This document shows, in pieces, positions 57,770 through 63,510 of a DNA stretch of 63,510 nt. Every line of letters starts with the position of its first letter. Positions within the stretch are counted from its first letter, which is position 1. A program made the translations under genes and the position numbers. Source of the DNA: Candidatus Rokuibacteriota bacterium (GTDB lineage: Bacteria > Methylomirabilota > Methylomirabilia > Rokubacteriales > DASRDR01); contig JBIOTN010000089.1 in NCBI GenBank assembly GCA_044866005.1, positions 1-63,510 on the forward strand, given 5' to 3'. Under the pieces are notes generated by a model. It ran no database searches, was not told the DNA's origin, and saw nothing but the letters and a program-made list of their open reading frames with translations.

Positions 57770-59928
57770 TGGCGACGCCGACGACGCGACTCAGCCGCCG
57801 GGCGCTCCTCAAGGGCGGCCTCGCCGCGGGCGCGGGGCTGACCCTGGGCTTCCATCTCCCCGTCGGCCCAACGGCCCGCCGGCGGGCGCGGGCCGCCGGC
57901 GCCGTCTTCGCGCCGAACGCCTGGATCCGGATCGACGCGGACGGCGTCGTGACGATCGTCAATTCCCAGTCGGAGCTCGGCCAGGGCACGCTGACCTCCA
58001 TGGCGATGATCATCGCCGACGAGCTGGACGCGGACTGGGCGAAGGTGAAGGTCGAGCAGAGCGGGGCGGCCCCGGTCTACGGGAACCCGAACTTCGGCGG
58101 CCAGCAGCTCACCGCGGGGAGCCAGAGCATCCGGGGCCTGATGCCGACCTGGCGGCGGGCGGGCGCGGCCGCCAAGGCGATGCTCCTCGGCGCCGCGGCG
58201 AAGGCGTGGGGCGTGCCCGTCGATGAGCTCCGCGCGGAGCGCGGCGTCGTCGTCCACGCGGCGACGGGCCGGCGGCTCGGCTACGGTGAGCTGGCCGACG
58301 AGGCGGCGGCCGAGCCCGTCCCGCAGAACCCCAGGCTCAAGACGCCGGCCGAGTTCACGCTCATCGGCAAGGACGTCCCGCGCCTGGACATCCCCGACAA
58401 GGTGACGGGCCGCGCCGTGTTCGGCCTCGACGTCGCGGTCCCCGGGATGCTCGTCGCCACGGTCGAGCGGCCGCCCGTCTTCGGCGGGAGCGTCGCCGGC
58501 TTCGACGCGACGCGCGCCAGGGCCGTCAAGGGCGTCACCCACGTGGTCCAGATCGGCTCGGGCGTCGCCGTGGTGGCCCGCCGCTACTGGGCGGCCAAGC
58601 GCGGCCGCGACGCGCTCGCGGTCAAGTGGCACGAGGGACCGAACGCGCGGCGCTCCAGTGCGGAGATCCGGCAGGCCTACGCGGCGCTGGCCGCGCAGCC
58701 GGGACCGGTCGCGCGGCGTGACGGCGACGCGGCCGGGGCGCTCGGGGAGGCCTCACGCGTCCTCGAGGCGGTCTACGAGGTCCCCTTCCTCGCCCACGCG
58801 ACGATGGAGCCGATGAACTGCACGGCCCACGTCCGGCCCGACGGCTGCGACGTGTGGGCGCCGACGCAGAACCAGACGGGCGCGCAGCAGGAAGCCATGC
58901 GGATCACCGGGCTTCCCCGCGAGAAGGTGCGCATCCACACGACGTTCGTGGGCGGCGGCTTCGGACGGCGCGGGGAGACCGACTACGTCGTCGAGGCCGT
59001 CGAGCTCTCCAAGGCCGTCGGCGTCCCCGTCAAGGTCGTCTGGACGCGGGAGGACGACATCCGCCACGACTTCTACCGGCCGATGACCTACAACCTCTTC
59101 CGCGCCGCGCTCGACGGGCAGGGGCGGCCGGTGGCGTGGTTCCATCGGATCGTGGGGGCAGGACTCTTCGCCCAGCGCGGCTGGGCGAAGCCTGGCGAGA
59201 TCGACCGGACCGCGGTGGAGGGCGCGGCGAACATCCCCTACGACATCCCGAACCTCCAGGTGGAATACCACCACAAGGACCTCGGCGTCCCGGTGGGGTT
59301 CTGGCGCTCGGTCGGCGCCTCGCAGAACGCGTTCATCACCGAGAGCTTCGTCGACGAGCTGGCCGCCGCGGCGACGGCCGACCCCTACGAGTACCGGCGG
59401 ACGCTCCTCGGCAAGGCGCCCCGCCACAAGGCCGCCCTCGAGCTGGCCGCGGCGAAGGCGGGCTGGGGCGATCCCCTGCCCGCCGGGCGCCATCGCGGGA
59501 TCGCCGTCGCCTTCTCCTACGGGAGCTACGCCGCCCAGGTCGCGGAGGTCTCGGTGGCGCCGAACGGCGCGGTCCGGGTCCACCGGGTGGTGTGCGCGAT
59601 CGACTGCGGCCTCCCCATCAACCCCGACCAGATCCGGGCCCAGATAGAGGGCGGGATCGTCTGGGGCCTGACCGCGGCGCTCCGGGGCGAGATCACGATC
59701 GCGGACGGCGGCGTCCAGCAGTCGAACTTCCACGACTACCCGATGCTGCGGATCGACGAGATGCCGGAGGTCGAGGTCTACCTGGTGGAGAGCCAGGAGG
59801 CGCCGGGCGGCGTGGGGGAGCCCGGGGTGCCGCCGATCGCGCCGGCGGTGGCGAACGCGGTCTTCGTGGCGACGGGGAAGCGGATCCGGCAGCTGCCGAT
59901 CCGCGGGGCGGCGCTCCGCCAGAGCTGA
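57769..59928 (+). CDS. Molybdopterin-binding subunit (IorB/aldehyde oxidoreductase-like), Tat signal
   Basis: [37 protein letters not shown]. Confidence 0.93.
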   Translation: MATPTTRLSRRALLKGGLAAGAGLTLGFHLPVGPTARRRARAAGAVFAPNAWIRIDADGVVTIVNSQSELGQGTLTSMAMIIADELDADWAKVKVEQSGAAPVYGNPNFGGQQLTAGSQSIRGLMPTWRRAGAAAKAMLLGAAAKAWGVPVDELRAERGVVVHAATGRRLGYGELADEAAAEPVPQNPRLKTPAEFTLIGKDVPRLDIPDKVTGRAVFGLDVAVPGMLVATVERPPVFGGSVAGFDATRARAVKGVTHVVQIGSGVAVVARRYWAAKRGRDALAVKWHEGPNARRSSAEIRQAYAALAAQPGPVARRDGDAAGALGEASRVLEAVYEVPFLAHATMEPMNCTAHVRPDGCDVWAPTQNQTGAQQEAMRITGLPREKVRIHTTFVGGGFGRRGETDYVVEAVELSKAVGVPVKVVWTREDDIRHDFYRPMTYNLFRAALDGQGRPVAWFHRIVGAGLFAQRGWAKPGEIDRTAVEGAANIPYDIPNLQVEYHHKDLGVPVGFWRSVGASQNAFITESFVDELAAAATADPYEYRRTLLGKAPRHKAALELAAAKAGWGDPLPAGRHRGIAVAFSYGSYAAQVAEVSVAPNGAVRVHRVVCAIDCGLPINPDQIRAQIEGGIVWGLTAALRGEITIADGGVQQSNFHDYPMLRIDEMPEVEVYLVESQEAPGGVGEPGVPPIAPAVANAVFVATGKRIRQLPIRGAALRQS

Positions 59929-59937
59929 GGGGCGGGG

Positions 59938-59971
59938 CCCTCACCCCGACCCTCTCCCCCGAGGGGAGAGG
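59938..59971. repeat. Family B repeat, copy 2, forming the last codons of the aminopeptidase
   Basis: CCCTCACCCCGACCCTCTCCCCCGAGGGGAGAGG; read as LSPRGRGSG* on the - strand. Confidence 0.8.
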
Positions 59972-62520
59972 CCGTCGAGATAGGCCGCCACCGCGCCGGC
60001 CTGGCGCGCCTGGAAGCGCACGGTGACGCGGAGCTGCTCGAGGTACTGCTCGAGCGTCTTCCCGCCGAGCACGATGCCGCGCGCCGGGAAGAAGGCGCGC
60101 ACCTCCGCCTCCCAGGCCGGGCTCACCAGCGCCGTCACCCCCTCCCACATCCGCCGGTAGGCGCTCGGCGGGTAGAGGCGCGCCATCGTCTCCCAGTGCG
60201 CCTTGACGAACTCCCAGGCCAGGCCGCGCCCGTGGACGCTCGAAAGGAGCGCCCGCACGACGAAGGGCGCGTCCTGGCTCCGGATCTCGCCGTTGATCGT
60301 CCGCTGGAGCGTCTGCCCGAGCACCCCGGGCTGCCGGAAGCCGGCCAGCGCGTAGAGGAAGCGCTGCTCCTCCTGGGGCGTCCGGGCGCCGCGGAAGCGC
60401 GCCAGGAACTCCCCGTACTCGGCCTCGCCTCCGCTGGCCGCGACGATGGCGATCGCGGCCGGCACCACGTTGGGGTCCACGGCGGTCTCGTCCGTCCGGG
60501 CGCGCGCGTAGACCTCGCGCGCCCGGCTCGTCGTCTCGGGGTCCTCGCCCAGGACGCCGAGCGCGCGGAGGAGGTCGCCGCGGAGCTGGCGCGTGAGCTC
60601 GTCCTCCCCCGGCCGGGGCGACCAGCCGAGCCGCGCCGCCGCCGGGCCGAGCCGGTCGCGGACCAGCGCGGCGAGGGCCGGCCGCGTGGCGTCCGCGATC
60701 GCGCGGTTCACGTAGGCGAAGGCGCCGATGAGCGCGAGCCAGACGTTCCGGTCCGTCTCGTCGCGGAAGCGCGCGGTCACGGCCAGGTACTCGGGCGCCG
60801 GGACGAGGCCGGCCTGGGCGAGCGCGAAGAGGTCGCTCACCAGGTTGAACCGCTCGATGGCCTGGAGCTCGCCGGGCCCGGCCGTCAGCCGGTCCAGGAG
60901 CGGCGCGGCGTAGCGGACGCGGTAGAACCCGTGGCCGCCGGCGTTCCCGACGACCCACTCGACGGGCGCCGGGAGCGGCACGGCGAGCTCCTCGCCCTCG
61001 AGCAGGACCCGCCGCTCGATGGTGGCGCCGCCGGCGCGGGCGCGCAGCGTGACGGGCACCCGCCAGCACGTCGCCTCCCCGGCTCCGGCGTCGAGGTAGG
61101 TGAACCGCTGCTGGCGGAGCCGGACGGTCCGGCCGTCCGGCGCCGTCTCCACCGTGACGAGCGGATAGCCCGGCCGGAACACCCAGCCGTCCATGACTGC
61201 GGGGATCGGCTGGGTGGCCGCGTCGCCCAGCGCCCGCCAGAGGTCCCCGGTCTCGGCGTTGCCGTAGCAGTGGCGCTCGAGGTAGAGCCGCACGCCGTCC
61301 CGGAACGTCTCGGGCCCGAGGTGCTGCTCGAGCATCCGGAGGACGGAGGCGCCCTTCTCGTAGGTCAGGAGGTCGAACATGGCCTCGCAGTCCCGCGGCG
61401 CCTCCACGGGGAACTCGATGGGCCGGCTCGCCAGCAGGCCGTCCACCCCCATCGCCGCCGCGCGGGAGACGCCGAAGGTCACCCAGCGCCGCCACTCCGG
61501 CTTCCAGGCGTCCACGGCGACCATCTCCATGAACGTCGCGAACGCCTCGTTGAGCCAGATGCCGTTCCACCAGGCCATCGTCGCCAGGTCGCCGAACCAC
61601 ATGTGGGCGACCTCGTGCGCGACGACGTCGGCGACCCGCTCGAGCTCGGCGTGGGAGGCGGCCGCCTCGTCCACCAGGAGCGCCGTCTCGCGGAACGTGA
61701 TCGCGCCGAGGTTCTCCATCGCGCCGGAGGCGAAGTCGGGGATCCCGAGGAGGTCGAGCTTGTCGCCGGGATACGGGATCCCGTAGTAGTCCTCGAAGAA
61801 GCGGAGGCAGAAGGCGCCGGCGGCCTGCGCGAAGCGCGCCAGGTGCCGCTTGCCCGGCACGCACCAGACCCGGAGCGGCGTCGGGCCCACCAGGACCGGC
61901 TCGGTCGCCTCGAGCTCGCCGACGACGAAGGCGACGAGGTAGGTGGACATGGGGATCGTGTCCGCGAACCGCACGAGCCGCTGTCCGGCACCGGCCGGTC
62001 GCGCCTCGACGACCGCCGTGTTCGAGATCGCCGCCCAGCCCTCCGGCACGAGGAGCGAGACGGCGAAGACCGCCTTGAAGGCGGGCTCGTCCCAGCACGG
62101 GAAGGCACGCCGGGCGTCCACGGCCTCGAACTGGGTCGCGGCGAGCGTGTGGGGCCGCCCGGCGGCGTCCTTGTAGCTCGAGCGGTAGAAGCCGTGGAGC
62201 TGGTCGTTGAGCGTCCCGGTGAAGTGGAGCTCGAGCCGCCACTCGCCGGGGTCGAGCGGCCGCGGGAAGACGAGGCGGGCCCGCTCCGCCGCCGGGTCGA
62301 GCGTGGCGCGGCCCTCCAGGCGGGCGCCGTCCGGCCCGTGGGCCGCGACCGCGTGGATCGCGAGCTCCGCCGCGTTCAGCTCGACCTCGACGAGGGGCTC
62401 CCGCACGGTCACGGTCACAGTCTCCTCGCCCATGAAGCTCGCCGTCTCGAGGTCGGGCGCGAGCTGGATCTCGTAGCGCGAGGGGACGACAGTGGTGGGC
62501 AGGCGGTGACGCATGCTCAT
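59941..62520 (-). CDS. M1 family aminopeptidase (puromycin-sensitive/ERAP1-C type)
   Basis: [33 protein letters not shown]. Confidence 0.95.
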   Translation of the reverse strand: MSMRHRLPTTVVPSRYEIQLAPDLETASFMGEETVTVTVREPLVEVELNAAELAIHAVAAHGPDGARLEGRATLDPAAERARLVFPRPLDPGEWRLELHFTGTLNDQLHGFYRSSYKDAAGRPHTLAATQFEAVDARRAFPCWDEPAFKAVFAVSLLVPEGWAAISNTAVVEARPAGAGQRLVRFADTIPMSTYLVAFVVGELEATEPVLVGPTPLRVWCVPGKRHLARFAQAAGAFCLRFFEDYYGIPYPGDKLDLLGIPDFASGAMENLGAITFRETALLVDEAAASHAELERVADVVAHEVAHMWFGDLATMAWWNGIWLNEAFATFMEMVAVDAWKPEWRRWVTFGVSRAAAMGVDGLLASRPIEFPVEAPRDCEAMFDLLTYEKGASVLRMLEQHLGPETFRDGVRLYLERHCYGNAETGDLWRALGDAATQPIPAVMDGWVFRPGYPLVTVETAPDGRTVRLRQQRFTYLDAGAGEATCWRVPVTLRARAGGATIERRVLLEGEELAVPLPAPVEWVVGNAGGHGFYRVRYAAPLLDRLTAGPGELQAIERFNLVSDLFALAQAGLVPAPEYLAVTARFRDETDRNVWLALIGAFAYVNRAIADATRPALAALVRDRLGPAAARLGWSPRPGEDELTRQLRGDLLRALGVLGEDPETTSRAREVYARARTDETAVDPNVVPAAIAIVAASGGEAEYGEFLARFRGARTPQEEQRFLYALAGFRQPGVLGQTLQRTINGEIRSQDAPFVVRALLSSVHGRGLAWEFVKAHWETMARLYPPSAYRRMWEGVTALVSPAWEAEVRAFFPARGIVLGGKTLEQYLEQLRVTVRFQARQAGAVAAYLDGLSPRGRGSG

Positions 62521-62610
62521 CGGAGGGGGCTTCGACGGCCCCCTCCGAATCCTCCCCCCACCTCCGGGGGCCGGGTGGGTGGGCCGGCGGCAAAGCCGCC
62601 GCCGCTCGGA
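62520..62610. repeat. Bipartite hairpin repeat (family A) abutting the aminopeptidase start
   Basis: TCGGAGGGGGCTTCGACGGCCCCCTCCGA...GGGTGGGTGGGCCGGCGGCAAAGCCGCCG. Confidence 0.85.
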
Positions 62611-62673
62611 AGCTGTCCGACGGGATCGCTGCCCACCGCGGCCTTCACCTTCGGAAGAGCGCTGCGGCGGCGC

Positions 62674-63510
62674 TCAGTAGCCGAGCGCCGGGTCCACGCG
62701 GTTGCGGAGCGGCCGGCCCGCCAGGTAGCGGCGCACGTTGTCGAAGAAGATGTCCAGGCACCGCGGCGCGTAGTCCGTCGCGTCGTCCACCGCGCAGTGC
62801 GGGCTCACGACGAGGTTCGGCGTGGTCCAGAGCCGCGAGCCCGGCGGGAGCGGCTCCTCGGGGAAGACGTCGAGGACCGCGCCGGAGAGCTCGCCCCGGT
62901 CGAGCTTGTCGGCGAGCGCCTCCGTGTCCACGACCGCCCCGCGGCCGAGGTTGACCAGCCCGGCGTGACGCGGCAGGAGGTCGAGCTCCTTCCGCCCGAT
63001 CAGCGCGCGCGTCTCCGCGGTGAGCGGCGTGGCGAGGACGAGGAAGTCGGCGCGCGGGAGGATCGTCCCGAGGTCCCGCGGCCGGTACATCCGATGGACG
63101 TGGCGCTGCCGGCGGCCGTGCCGCGTCACCCCGAGGACCCGGAGGCCGGCCCGTCGGGCCAGGCGCGCGACCTCCCCGCCGATCGCCCCGACGCCGACGA
63201 CGACCACCGTCTTGCCGGCGATCGGCGTGCTGAAGGCCTGATCCCAGCGATGCGCGCGCTGCCGCGTCACGAAGTGGGGCACCCGGTGGTTCAGCATGAG
63301 GAGCGCGGTGAGCCCGTACTCGCCCCCCTTGGGCCCGTGGACGCCGCTCGCGTTGGTGAGGACGACGCGTGGGGGCAGGTGCGGCGCCTCGCGCTCCACG
63401 CCCGCGTTGGTGCACTGGATCCAGCGCAGGTTGGGCGCGTGGGCGGCCAGGTCGCGGGCCGGGAAGTGGCCGGCCACGAGCACCTCGGCCGGGCGGACCA
63501 TCTCGGCGAA
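62674..63510 (-). CDS. D-2-hydroxyacid dehydrogenase (5' end outside window)
   Basis: GVGAIG, NLGRG, LDVFPEEPLP, SPH. Confidence 0.92.
   Translation of the reverse strand, partial: FAEMVRPAEVLVAGHFPARDLAAHAPNLRWIQCTNAGVEREAPHLPPRVVLTNASGVHGPKGGEYGLTALLMLNHRVPHFVTRQRAHRWDQAFSTPIAGKTVVVVGVGAIGGEVARLARRAGLRVLGVTRHGRRQRHVHRMYRPRDLGTILPRADFLVLATPLTAETRALIGRKELDLLPRHAGLVNLGRGAVVDTEALADKLDRGELSGAVLDVFPEEPLPPGSRLWTTPNLVVSPHCAVDDATDYAPRCLDIFFDNVRRYLAGRPLRNRVDPALGY

Noticed and set aside
24351..59928. Clustering of Mo/W enzyme genes (moaA, AOR, DMSO-reductase family, IorAB) as one system
   Set aside because: Scattered over 35 kb in unrelated transcription units
4077..63415. Many long overlapping or antisense ORFs rich in Arg/Pro/Gly/Ala (e.g. 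4077-7343, 15999-18752, 26119-29136, 59693-62593)
   Set aside because: Shadow ORFs expected at very high GC; the alternative frames carry recognisable family motifs. Only the real C-terminal portions of some were kept.

Overview
A 63.5-kb window of very GC-rich bacterial chromosome. The gene content (Pup, TRAP/ABC transporters, W/Mo enzymes, GC hairpin repeats) suggests a Rokubacteria/Methylomirabilota-like organism, which is an inference. About 62 CDS are supported, mostly transport and catabolic or redox genes. No rRNA, tRNA, CRISPR array or intact transposase was seen. Main points of interest: (1) an NHLRC2/SOQ1-type thioredoxin-NHL gene whose CCINC motif reads C-UGA-INC and is followed by a SECIS-like hairpin, i.e. 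a predicted selenoprotein that the ORF track truncates; (2) a MerR-operator-controlled mini-operon encoding two Cys-rich microproteins and a Met/Gly-rich exported protein, next to an amber-interrupted arsC; (3) a divergent UbiU/UbiV-like U32 pair coupled to a Zn-dehydrogenase; (4) a pup gene ending in GGE with no adjacent pafA/dop/prc genes; (5) single genes bracketed by imperfect direct repeats; (6) three families of short dispersed repeats; (7) a long leader holding a start-less, perfect Shine-Dalgarno sequence. All annotations come from motif recognition by eye; no searches were run.
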